Counted from the whole stretch's first letter, positions 26,742 through 37,385 are shown. The stretch: 63,228 nt of DNA, filler included, from Octopus bimaculoides (GCF_001194135.2; 4 parts of 4 records of this genome joined end to end with filler, not necessarily neighbours in it); one strand, 5' to 3'. Numbers and translations are program-made. The notes: generated by a model not told the origin, from the sequence alone.

Positions 26742-26794
<53 letters not shown>

Positions 26795-26894
26795 NNNNNN
26801 NNNNNNNNNNNNNNNNNNNNNNNNNNNNNNNNNNNNNNTTAATTAATTAANNNNNNNNNNNNNNNNNNNNNNNNNNNNNNNNNNNNNNNNNNNN
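26795..26894. other. Artificial scaffolding spacer N44-TTAATTAATTAA-N44
   Basis: An identical 100-bp layout occurs three times; TTAATTAATTAA puts stops in all six frames. Confidence 0.9.
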
Positions 26895-27066
26895 GGTTCG
26901 TAATACGGGTGACTAGGCTATAGCCAACACTGCCAGATATTTTGAGCATCTCTGCAGTGATTCCTGATGGGCCGGGGGCTTTCCCGGTCTTCATACTCTT
27001 AATTGCTTTATCTACCCTGGTACTATCAACTCGGATAGCTGGTCCCTCTATTGGGTCGACATACGG
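26895..27066 (-). pseudogene. RTE-clade LINE ORF fragment (pre-RT linker)
   Basis: VDPIEGPAIRVDSTRVDKAIKSMKTGKAPGPSGITAEMLKISG, the standard K..KAPGPDGI..E.LK motif. Confidence 0.85.
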
Positions 27067-27078
27067 CAGGCAGGCAGG

Positions 27079-27113
<35 letters not shown>

Positions 27114-27276
27114 AGTGATAGGCTTGCCTCGATCCTTCAGGGGTAGTCTGAAGCATCCAAGCAACCTGGGGATGTTTAAATCCAGAGGCACTCCTGGGGA
27201 TCACCTGTACGGGTACTGTCTTGGGCAGAGGGCATCCAGAGGCAGGTAATTTACTGCTTAAACTGTAGTTTATAAT

Positions 27277-27512
27277 TATATTTATGTGGAGAATGGAGCT
27301 ACAAATACAAGAAAAAGCAATACTGTTGGACTAGTTAGCCCCTGTTTTATTACGTGGAGGTTATGTATTGAGTCATTGTGGAGGTTGAGGTTACGTAAAT
27401 GACTATTGCATAACATACACAATGACTCACTACATAACCTCCACGTAATAAAACAGCGGCTAACTAGTCCAACAGTATTGCTTTTTCTTGTATTTGTTGC
27501 TCCATTCTCCAC

Positions 27513-27521
<9 letters not shown>
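27277..27521. mobile_element. Foldback MITE with 104-bp arms at the edge of a (TA)n tract
   Basis: 27277-27380 versus the reverse complement of 27418-27521: 3 mismatches, 37-nt loop, TA-rich termini. Confidence 0.85.
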
Positions 27522-27590
<69 letters not shown>

Positions 27591-27592
<2 letters not shown>

Positions 27593-27865
27593 TCACCATC
27601 AGTTTAACATCTGCTTTCTATGCTGGCTTAAGTTGGATGGTTTGACTGGAGCTGGCCAAGCGGAAGACTGCACCAAACTCCTGTGTCTGTTTTGGCAGAG
27701 TTTTTATAGTTGGATGCCCTTCCTAACACCAAGCAAACCACAGAATGACACAAGCACAGGCGAGGTAAGTTTTGGAATTGTCTTTACAGCTGGATGCGCT
27801 TCCAAATGCCAATCACTTTACAGTGTGGACTGAATCGTTTTTTACATGGTACTGGTTCTGGCAGG
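27591..27865 (-). mobile_element. RTE LINE 3' UTR/tail copy (CpG-eroded)
   Basis: catcaccatcagtttaacatctgctttc...ggatgcccttcctaacacc is homologous to the 30575-30917 copy. Confidence 0.8.
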
Positions 27866-28254
27866 GTCACCAAGTAACTTTGAAGACAAAGAATCTTTGA
27901 GAGGAGAGAGTGGGGTATTGGAGGAGGAGGAGGAGGAGGTGATCTTGTGTCATATAATGAAAGGTTAGAATGTGACAAAGAGACAGAGACAGGTGTCTTG
28001 CTGAGGAGGCACATGGTTACCCAGCCAGAGAGAGAGAGGGAGGGATCAAGAATGAGGACAGAAACAGGTGTGCTGTTGTAAAGGAGATACATGGTTATCC
28101 AGCCAGAGGGAAGAGCAAGAAGGGAGAGAGAGTGGGAAACAGCAAGAGAGAGAGCAGGCAAGAGAAGGTGGAGGAGTGCCAGGGTAGACTCACAAGGTAC
28201 GAAGATCAGAATATAAATGGGATGACAGAGTGGGAGAGAGAGAGATGGTAGCAA

Positions 28255-29640
28255 GTGCCAGAACAGATCTTCAAGCTATGGAGGTCCTAATACAAGTGGC
28301 AGTGCATTGCCTAAGAAGTGTGAGTAGGGAGTGGGGTACCATGGAGAATAGCCAATCACATACAAACAAGCTTTCATTCTGAGAAAGAGACCTTTTGTTG
28401 CTCTCTCAACTTCCTCCATCCTATTCTTATTCTAGAAACAATACTTTCTCAGTATCCACTCCCAATGCTAGTTTGGTCACCTAGGTAACAGAAACTACCT
28501 AAAACCTCAAGAGATCCTCCTGGGCATTTGAGAGAGTCTTTGTTCCTGCACATCTCCCACATGTGAAGAAGACTTTATCGTCTTATGTATTTTTAGCTTA
28601 CACTGGTTGCAATGAATGGAATTACTTCCAACTGCTTTACTACATACAGAGCAGTCATTTACTTGATGAAAAGAGTCTTACCTGCTTTCTTGCTAACAAC
28701 AATTTTGGTATTTGCTAGGTTAACTTTAAGGCCCTTTGAGTCCAGGTTTTGCTTCCGTGCCTGGAATTTCTGCTACAGATTCTGCAATAAGAGCGAGATC
28801 ATCAGCATACAGTAGTTTCTACAGGCGTCCAATTTCAAATTCCTCTGTTATCGCCTGGAGGACTATGGTTAATAAAAGTGGAGACTCTCCTTCTCTCATG
28901 CATTTTCCACATTTAATAACCTTTTATAGTGGCACTTCCACGCATCTTACTAAGTGCAAGCATACCGTTATACATTTGCACACATTTCTCACCCACCACA
29001 TCTCTTTGCAATCCTAAACACTTCACACCTCTACAACATTAGTAGACCTCTTACCTTCTGTTTTTTGGGTTTTTTTTTTTTTTTTGCTAAGTAAACCTGT
29101 CGCCTAACTTCCCCTCTGGCTACTTGATATAATTCTCTGTTTTCACCGTTTTTCCAATCTTTCCAGGCCTGTCTCTTTGCTTTTTAGCACCGTCTTCTTC
29201 CTTCTTCCAGCACCATGTCACTCTCAGCCTCTGCACCAGCCACAGATTTGGCTTGTAGCTCTCAGTAGATTGTCCTTCAGGAACTTCCAATTGTCCTTTA
29301 AGGTGTATGTCCCTAATTCCTCTATTCTTTTGTCAGAGGCTTCCATTAGAATATCTCTAAACTTTTGTTAGTTTGCTGGGTCTTTGAGCTTCCATAATCT
29401 TCTTTTCCAGAATGGTTTATTTCTCTGAGTCTTTCTAGCTCTAATTCTGAAGTCACTAACTAGCAACCTATGTTGGGTTGTACACTCTTCACCTGGGAAA
29501 GACTTCACATTTACAAGCATCTGCTTATCTCATTGCCTGACATGGGGGTAATCAAATCTGGCTTGTATACCTACCAGACTGATAAGTGATTAGGAGGCTG
29601 GTTTTCTGAAAATTGGTCTTTCTGGTCATCAGCCAGCCCC
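28255..29640 (-). pseudogene. Degenerate RTE-clade LINE ORF (APE end, RT with YADD, PHD-like finger, FCYLGD)
   Basis: Minus frames: FPGEECTTQHRLLVSDF (about 29450-29500); LLYADDLALIAES (about 28780-28820); GLKVNLANTK; CSVC..CNQC..H..CGRC; SFCYLGDQ..SRIRIGWRKLRE. Stops and deletions throughout. Confidence 0.85.
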
Positions 29641-29889
29641 GACTGTGGAGCATAGACAGAGATAACTTGTAACTGTTAATTTATCTCACCTTAATTACCC
29701 TATCACATAATCTGACTACCTCAATTACCTTATCTATCCACTTTTCTGCTAAGAGTATGCCTACACCCCCTACTCCATCACTCTATATATGAATATATAG
29801 AGAAGAACCTATACACACACACACATATATATAGTAGAATAATAAAATAAGTTCTTGGTACAATATAATATATTTGGAAAAGTGAGTAG

Positions 29890-30572
29890 AGATGGCATAC
29901 ACTGCACTGAAAGATGTGTAGAATAGTTGGTGGAGGTTTGCTTTTCATGGGTCCACAAATGAGATTTGAGCCCAGCAAAAGAAAGGCAGGCATCGTCTGT
30001 CACAAACTCTGCACACAAAAAGGTCATTGTGATTCACCTTCTCGATCGTAACATTCTTCCTTAAATCTTTTTTTGAGTTTTGCAAGTGTTATCCTGGCCT
30101 CTTCAAATGTTTTCACTCCACTCCACACTTTTGCTCACCATCCAACTCGATCCAAAGCAAGGGTTTCTATGTCTTCCTGATCCATTCCAAGTGACTTCAT
30201 AGTAGTCCTTATGCCATCCATAAACCTGTTTTTTTAGGTTAACACCAATAGCAGTTCCCCTCTGCAAGCTCACCATAAAACAGCAGCTGTTTGGGTGTGT
30301 GTTCATCTGCCATTCGAACAATATGGCCACACCATCTCATTTGGTTTAACAAAATCATAGCTTTAACTGAGGTGATGCCTGCAGATGCAAGGACATCTGT
30401 GTTTGGAGTAAAAGAACTCCATTTAATGTTTAAAATGCGATGAAGGCATTTTTGGTGGAATTGTTCTAACAATTTAAAATGTCTTTCATAACATGTGCAT
30501 GTTTCACAAGAATACAACAGGGATGGTAAGACAAATGATTTGTAAAGAGCCAGCTTTGTATTGTTATTTATA
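29890..30572 (-). pseudogene. RTE-BovB-like LINE ORF C-terminus with C2H2 finger
   Basis: TKLALYKSFVLPSLLYSCET...EQFHQKCLHRILNIKW...NQMRWCGHIVRM...PKQLLFYGEL, then FVCRVCDRRCLSFAGLKSHLWTH in another frame. Confidence 0.85.
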
Positions 30573-30574
30573 TG

Positions 30575-30917
30575 TACTGACCGAGACCTTTGGAAATGTG
30601 CTGTGCGTGAGAAGACCCGGCAACCCAAGTGAGATCGTTGCCAGTGCCCCTGGACTGGCTCTTGTGCGGGTGGCACATAAGATGCACCATTTCGAGCGTG
30701 GCTGTTGCCAGTACTGCCTGACTGCCCTTCGTGCGGGTGACACGTAAAAGCACCCACTACACTCTCTGAGTGGTTGGCGTTAGGAAGGGCATCCAGCCGT
30801 AGAAACTCTGCCAAATTAGATTGGAGCCTGGTGTTGCCATCCGGTTTCACCAGTCCTCAGTCAAATCGTCCAACCCATGCTAGCATGGAAAGCAGACGTT
30901 AAACGATGATGATGATG
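30575..30917 (+). mobile_element. 5'-truncated RTE LINE (last codons, 3' UTR, (GAT)n tail); young copy
   Basis: DRDLWKCAVREKTRQPK* then about 290 bp of UTR with ggttggcgttaggaagggcatcc, ending gttaaacgatgatgat. CpGs are retained. Confidence 0.85.
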
Positions 30918-31038
30918 TCGCATGACTCCAAGCCTCCAAATGCTTTTGCTGCCCTTAGAATCCAGTAGGAGAGTCCATCATGTATACATACATACATGTA
31001 TACATTCATACATATATGTATGCATTCATGCATATATA

Positions 31039-31635
31039 CCAAGGTAGTACCTGCCTATGCAACATGACATTACAAAACCAAATATACAGTGTCATTTATT
31101 CGAGGCTGTCCTTGAATAAATGTAGAGAATCCCCCCGTTACTGAAAACATACACAAATTCCAGCACAAGGCACACTGGTGAAACACTCCTGTCAAATGTA
31201 AACATAATAGGTCGTTATGACTGTTTGAGTTGAACAAGAAAAAGTGTGTACCATCATAGAGGTCAGCTGTTCTGCTGATGTGAATCTCTCTTTGGAAATC
31301 AAAGAGAGAGAAGATAGCTATGGACCTCCAGCTTCTCTACTTGGATTACAAATTTACATTTATAGCAATAGTATTTGGAGCACTTGATTTTATGTGTAAA
31401 TGCCTAACTGTCAGTCAGGATAAGCTTAAATTTTCAGAAAAAGAAATCAACCAACTGACTTACACATTACAAATACAATCTGTAATCGGAATGGTAAAGC
31501 TATGCAAGACTTTTCTCAGGTTTAAAATGTGATGTCATTTTTATTATCTACATTTCAAAGATGGAACTTTGTATCTTTAATAGAAACCAGCTCCTTCTTC
31601 AGAAGGAGAATTTAAATGAATAAATACAGAAAAGA
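31039..31635 (+). pseudogene. 5'-truncated RLE non-LTR retrotransposon, copy 3, in (CATA)n
   Basis: YLPMQHDITK...CKHNR...CTIIEVSCSADVNL...EDSYG / LQLLYLDYKFTFIAIVFGAL...GMVKLCKTFLRFKM*. The 3' UTR matches copy 2. Degenerate (CATA)n lies 5' (30986-31038) and catacata 3' (31636). Confidence 0.85.
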
Positions 31636-33057
31636 CATACATATATACAAGTTTAGGTTAATACCTGTAATTATTTGGGCACTAGAAGTCTGTTTATTCC
31701 AACTGTAAAATGCAAGACTAGTAATAACGTAAACAAAAATCAAGATGCCTTGTGAATATTCTTATGAGTTCCAGAACTTTGGATTCTATTGGTTAGCGAT
31801 CGCCACAACACCACCCCCACCACTGCACTAAAAGAATCAACAACAAAGTCTCCTTCTAGGCTTGGGTGTTCTTTTGGATTGTCTAGAGTTGTCCAGTTCA
31901 TACTCTGGCACAAGCGGTTTGGTTTTAGATCGAAGTGGTCTGGTCAGTTTCTGAGTCTGTAGCATTTTCTCCAGCATTTCCATCGGATGACCTTGTTTAT
32001 TTCTGTGGAAGAGCGTAGGCTCGAAGCATTAAAGACTTTTTCAATGAAATTCTCCAAAAAGAGAAAACCCTTTCTGGGCAAAACAGACTTATCTCCCTTT
32101 CACCAATTTCAGTTGTGTCTGAAAAGTGTTGTGTCTTGTGTTCACTGGTCAGTAAGCAAGATCAGAAAGGAGAAAGCTGATTTGAAGACCACAGATCCGA
32201 GTCTTCTCTCATGAGGGAACCAATTAAACACTTCACATTTTGAATTTAATAAGGCCTCTTTGATCAAGCTACCTTTTTAGGACCCTTGCTCTCTTGACCA
32301 AGTAAAGTTTGCATTGTCTGCTTCCACTGAGGTCCAGATTGTTCCAGGAGCTTCCATTTAAACCTGTATGATGGTCTCATATGTAGTTGGCCAAAGATGT
32401 AACGTTTCACCATTCTACGATCCTAAAAGAGGACCTGTGGTGATTTAGTCACAGTTTTAAAAGGGTCTTCCATTGGTCCAACATATTTCTGTCCTAATGT
32501 CCTAATGTCGGTGGTGCCGCTATCCCTGGCATTGCTACTGCAGCAGACATTAGAGCTTCTCTTAATGACAGACACCACTTCTACTTTTTAGACCACAACC
32601 TCAAAGATGCATTGACTACCTACAATGTATTGTTCACTCTTAAACCCTACATGAGCATTCTGTCTCTGCGCAGGATCTAGGGGCTTTCACAAAATTTTTA
32701 CACTTGGCTCACAGCTGAATGAGATCCTGAAGCTGTGCCAATTACATACTCATCCCTATCTATGGGAATGCATGGAATGCTTATCCACTAATCTAAGGAG
32801 AATCCTTTCTACGCTGGTTTCGATGGTGAGGGAGGAGGTTGCACACACCACAATGGCAATTTCGTTTGTGGATGTCAGGTCTCAGTATAAAGGGGAGGCA
32901 GTCCTTGAACCCACTGGCTGTCAAAGCCTTACAAAAAAAAAAAGGAGGCGCAGCATCAAGAATGTCTTTACTCGAGGACAGATTCAAAATCTGATGCCCT
33001 TCATAAACACAATAGGCGAGTGGCAGGAGGCTGCGTTGATTTACGTCAGCCTTTGTG

Positions 33058-33088
<31 letters not shown>

Positions 33089-33089
33089 T

Positions 33090-33460
33090 GGTGCAGGAAT
33101 GGCTATGTGGTAAGAAGTTTGTTTCCCAACCACATGGCTCCAGATTTAGTACCATGATGTGACACCTTGGGCAAGTGTTTCTACTATAGTCACAGGCCGA
33201 TCAAAGCCTTGTGAGTGGATTTGGTAGATGGAAACTAAAAGAAGCCCGTCATCTGTGTATATGTATGTATGTGTGTGTCCATGTTTGTCCCCCCATCACC
33301 ACTTGACAACCAATGTTGATGTGTTTATGTTCCCGTAACAGCAGTTTGGCAAATCAGACCTACAGAATAAGTACTGGAATCCATTTGTTTGACTAAAATT
33401 CTTCAAAGTGGTGCTCCAGCATGGCTGCAGTCTCGTGACTAAAACAAGTAAAAGACGGAA
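33090..33460 (+). mobile_element. SINE family A (CpG-eroded copy)
   Basis: Full head-to-tail match, with many CG>TG/CA changes relative to the 53495 copy. Confidence 0.88.
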
Positions 33461-33734
33461 GATATACATACGTGTGCGAGCTCTGCGTGTGGTCATTCGG
33501 TCATTGGGGACAATAATCAACAGGCCATCCAGTTTTCTATTAAAAGAAAAAAAATAATTTTTTAAATAGAATTATTTATAAAAAACAAGTCATAGAAACT
33601 TGTTGATAAGTTTTTATATTTCAAAATATGATGCAAAGTTTAAATTGCAATGAAATGTCAGGAGAATGGATGGACTAACAGACGAGCCTCTTCTGTCACA
33701 TGAGATAAAAGTACACATCATCTTGCCTTGTATG

Positions 33735-33945
33735 TGCTAAATCAACTTGCTAGAAACAACAACCAAATACCCCTTCTCAAATCACGCTACGAGCTTAGAA
33801 GAGACTGAAATAAAGACATGGTGGTCATGACTAGAATGCCTTTTTTGATCGAAAGTTAGCTTGAGTAAGACCGGGAGAGCTTTGATATGCTAGAAATAGC
33901 AGCTAAATTCCCCTCAAACATACCTTCAATTAAAAGAGGTCAGTA
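33735..33945 (+). repeat. Dispersed repeat family E
   Basis: gctagaaa.a.ca.c.aaat.ccc.tcaaa occurs twice, plus ggtcatgactagaatgccttt. Related copy at 58215-58400. Confidence 0.45.
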
Positions 33946-34002
33946 AGATACAGCAGATCTCAAAATTGTAAATACTAGTTTCCTTGCCTATATATATATA
34001 TA

Positions 34003-34672
34003 ATCATCATCATCATCGTTTAAGGTCCGCTTTCCATGCTAGCATGGGTTGGACGATTTGACAGAGGACTGGCGAACCAGATGGCTGCACCAGGCTCCAA
34101 TCTGATCTGGCAGAGTTTCTACAGCTGGATGCCCTTCCTAACGCCAACCACTCCGAGAGTGTAGTGGGTGCTTTTACGTGCCACCGGCACAAGGGCCAGC
34201 CAGGCAGTACTTNNNNNNNNNNGGATGCCCTTCCTAACGCCAACCACTCCGAGAGTGTAGTGGGTGCTTTTACGTGCCACCGGCACAAGGGCCAGCCAGG
34301 CAGTACTTGCAATGACCACACTCAAAATGGTGTTTTTTTACATGCCACCTGCACAGGAGTCCAGCGGCACTGGCAACAACCTCGCTCGAATGTTTTTTCA
34401 CATGCCACTGGCACAAGTGCCAGTAAGGCGATGATGGTAATGATCACATTCAAATGGTGTTATTTATGTGCCACTGGCACAGAAGCCAGACAGCTACTGT
34501 GGCAATGATCACGCTCGGACAGTGCTGTTAGTGCTCCACTGGCACAGGTGCCAGTCATCAAATATGGTTCAATTACGATTTAGATTTCACCCCAACAAGT
34601 CTTTGCAAGCAGAGTTTAGTGTCCAATGAAGGAAAGGTAAGAATAAGTGAGCTGGCTACACTTCTGGCAGAG
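34003..34672 (-). mobile_element. RTE LINE 3' UTR with five tandem 60-68-bp units
   Basis: (GAT)n tail at 34003-34017; core gcca(c/t)(c/t)ggcac at 34276, 34344, 34404, 34470 and 34535. Confidence 0.8.
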
Positions 34673-34863
34673 NNNNNNNNNNNNNNNNNNNNNNNNNNNN
34701 NNNNNNNNNNNNNNNNNNNNNNNNNNNNNNNNNNNNNNNNNNNNNNNNNNNNNNNNNNNNNNNNNNNNNNNNNNNNNNNNNNNNNNNNNNNNNNNNNNNN
34801 NNNNNNNNNNNNNNNNNNNNNNNNNNNNNNNNNNNNNNNNNNNNNNNNNNNNNNNNNNNNNNN

Positions 34864-35270
34864 CCACTACTGACGCTTCTTATGTTCAGCTTTTCTGTCA
34901 AGATACTTACACTCTGATGGGTATGCACATTTACATTACACATCCAGCGGAGTATACTGGCTTCATTCCTTGCGAGCTTACGCATGTCCTCAGCAGTCAC
35001 GGCCCATGTTTCACTGCCATGTAGCATGGCTGTTTGTACACATGCATCATACAGTCTGCCTTTTACTCTGAGTGAGAGGCCCTTTGTCACCAGCAGAGGT
35101 AGGAGCTCTCTGAACTTTGCCCAGGCTATTCTTATTCTGGCAGCTACACTTTCAGTGCACCCTCCCCTGCTACTGACTTGGTCACCTAGGTAACGGAAGC
35201 TATCAACTAGTTGTAGTTTTTCTCCCTGGAATGTGGCAGAAGTTGTTTTCTGCACTTTTTCATCCACGAA
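34864..35270 (-). pseudogene. RTE-clade LINE ORF fragment (end of RT and downstream)
   Basis: VDSFRYLGDQVSSRGGCTESVAARIRIAWAKFRELLPLL...RLYDACVQTAMLHGSETW...RNEASILRWMC. Probably the same element as 34003-34672 across the gap. Confidence 0.9.
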
Positions 35271-35274
35271 GGAT

Positions 35275-35741
35275 GAAGTTGAGTTGAGACTGAGTCTCAA
35301 AGTGACAGTCGTCATTGTAGAGCCTGTGCAGACCGAGAAATTGGGAGTAAGGGATGGAGAACTAGGTGTGGATAGGGTGGGAGGAGTGTGAGTCGGTGTA
35401 TTTGTAGGGGATGGAGGTTGTGAGAGCAGAGTGGTGTATGTTAACTGAAATGTTGAGAAATGCAATGGAAGTGTTGGAAATAGAGCAGGAGGATTCGAGG
35501 GGAGGATGGAAGGATTGGACAAAAAAGAGGAAGGAGTCTAGTTGTCCATGGGAGAGTGAGGTAGCACCAATTCAGTCATCAATATAACGAGTCTATAGTT
35601 TGAGAGTGGAACCAGTGAGTTGTGTGAATATTTGGGCCTCAACGTAGCCAACAAAGAGGTTCACATAGTTGGGGCCTATTCTTGTGGGTAAAAATCCCCC
35701 ACGAACAAGAAGCAGTTGAGGGAGTAAGGAGCCGATATTCT
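35275..35741 (-). pseudogene. Penelope-like element reverse transcriptase fragment
   Basis: LNCFLFVGDFY..TRIGPNYVNLFVGYVEAQIF..RYI, then FVQSFHPPL..SNTSIAFLNISV..YKYTDSH..SHPIHT*FSIPYSQFLGLHRL. These match PLE RT motifs (MGPxYANLFxG, HP..K.SIPYSQFLR). Confidence 0.8.
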
Positions 35742-35940
35742 CCGCCATCATCACAACAAGAAGAACCTGATACGGTTTTAGCTGAAGAATGGACAAAAAT
35801 TCCTTTGGAAACAATTCAAACTTTGTATGAGTCCACACCTCGTAGAATTGATGCTGTAGTTACTACCAAAGGTGGTGCTACCCCAGATTAAAATAAATTT
35901 GTTTGAAATTTGAAGCTGTTGCCATTATTTTGTACAACTC

Positions 35941-35943
<3 letters not shown>
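35742..35943 (+). mobile_element. Tc1-family transposon 3' end
   Basis: EEWTKIPLETIQTLYESTPRRIDAVVTTKGGATPD* followed by the TIR-like ttattttgtacaactcctg and then (TA)n. Confidence 0.75.
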
Positions 35944-35984
<41 letters not shown>

Positions 35985-35998
35985 TATTATATGTATTT

Positions 35999-36098
35999 NN
36001 NNNNNNNNNNNNNNNNNNNNNNNNNNNNNNNNNNNNNNNNNNTTAATTAATTAANNNNNNNNNNNNNNNNNNNNNNNNNNNNNNNNNNNNNNNNNNNN
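35999..36098. other. Artificial scaffolding spacer N44-TTAATTAATTAA-N44
   Basis: Same layout as 26795-26894. Confidence 0.9.
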
Positions 36099-36230
36099 CC
36101 AAATGCTTTGACTAAGCTTTGGTCAGTCCGAGGCTATAGTAGTAGACACTTGCCCAAGATGCCATGCAGTGGGATGAACCCGGAACCATGTGCTTGGAAT
36201 CAAACTTCTGACCACACAAACACGCCTGTG
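36099..36230 (-). mobile_element. SINE family A head fragment
   Basis: aagctttggtcagtccgaggctatagtagtagacacttgcccaag...cggaaccatgtg. Confidence 0.8.
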
Positions 36231-37317
36231 ACTGGCCCACTGCATTTTCATTCCTTTTCCTATGAATCCATCAAATTCTTTGGTATTCTTATTTACTACT
36301 GTGACAAATTGTTACTGAGTGACTGGCTATTGAGCGACATGTTGCAGTTGCTGTTGCTGATGTTTTTATTGCTAATGCTGTTAATCTTTTCTTCTTGGTG
36401 TTTTTTTATGCCATAATTATTGTATTTGGGTTTTTTGTTGTTGATGTTGTTGCATTTGTTATTTAAACGATTAAAAGTTTGGTTTTGTTGTGGTGGTGGC
36501 GTGGTAGGGTTAGAAGCAACATGGACAGATGCATGTTGTAAATATATACCATGCAAACCAATGAGGAATATCATGATGTTGATGATATTGATGATATTGA
36601 TGGTGATGGTGGTGGAGTGGTGATGATAATGATGGCGACGTTCTCATTATCATGATGACGATGAGGAGCAAGATGGCAATCACGACAGTGATGATGTTGG
36701 TGATTGTGATGATGTAATAACGCTAATGATGTTGTGGTGCGGACGCTGGCGGTAATGAGGAAGAGGAGCATAATGACAACGTGGGTGAACTTAAAGATGG
36801 TGATAGAAGAACTGAAAGAGAATGAGTAGGAGAAAACGAAGGAGAGGAGGAGGAGGAGGAGGAGGAGGAGGAGGAGGGAAGAAAAGCGAAGAAGAAAAGG
36901 AATATTAAAAAAAAAATGTAGCTACAACAATAAGCAAAACAACAAGCGTATATTTAAGCATTAAGAGGTATAAGAAAGTTCCATTAGTGAAACTAAGAAA
37001 GCAAAAGGTTACGTTTGAGTTTATATTTAGCTAAACCGGATATGGAACAAAACTAGTGGAACCTGTATTATAGAGGTCCTGATGGCCTTTCAGACTGACC
37101 CAGAAGCTCTGTAATATTATATAGATAGTTTAAGCATTTCAAAGTTAGATTAACTATCGAGGCCGCCACCCCTAACATCCGGTTCTTTCCGAATCGTTTT
37201 ACCATTCTCTACACTCCACTTCTAGCATTTTTTTTTTATAATCCACTCATTCTATTTTTCTTTGTATTTTATCTCTCATTGTCTTAATCTCCCTCTCCTC
37301 CTCTCTCCCCCTCCGTC

Positions 37318-37385
<68 letters not shown>

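Noticed and set aside
26839-26850. TTAATTAATTAA islands as biological palindromes or piggyBac sites
   Set aside because: Each is centred in exactly 44+44 Ns, three times over, so it is an assembly spacer.
34127-34308. Exact 86-bp direct repeat (34127-34212 and 34223-34308)
   Set aside because: The copies are identical and separated by a 10-N gap, the signature of an unmerged contig overlap.
34656-35522. 288-aa ORF as a single gene
   Set aside because: It is a chimera of off-frame Penelope sequence, in-frame RTE sequence and an N-gap.
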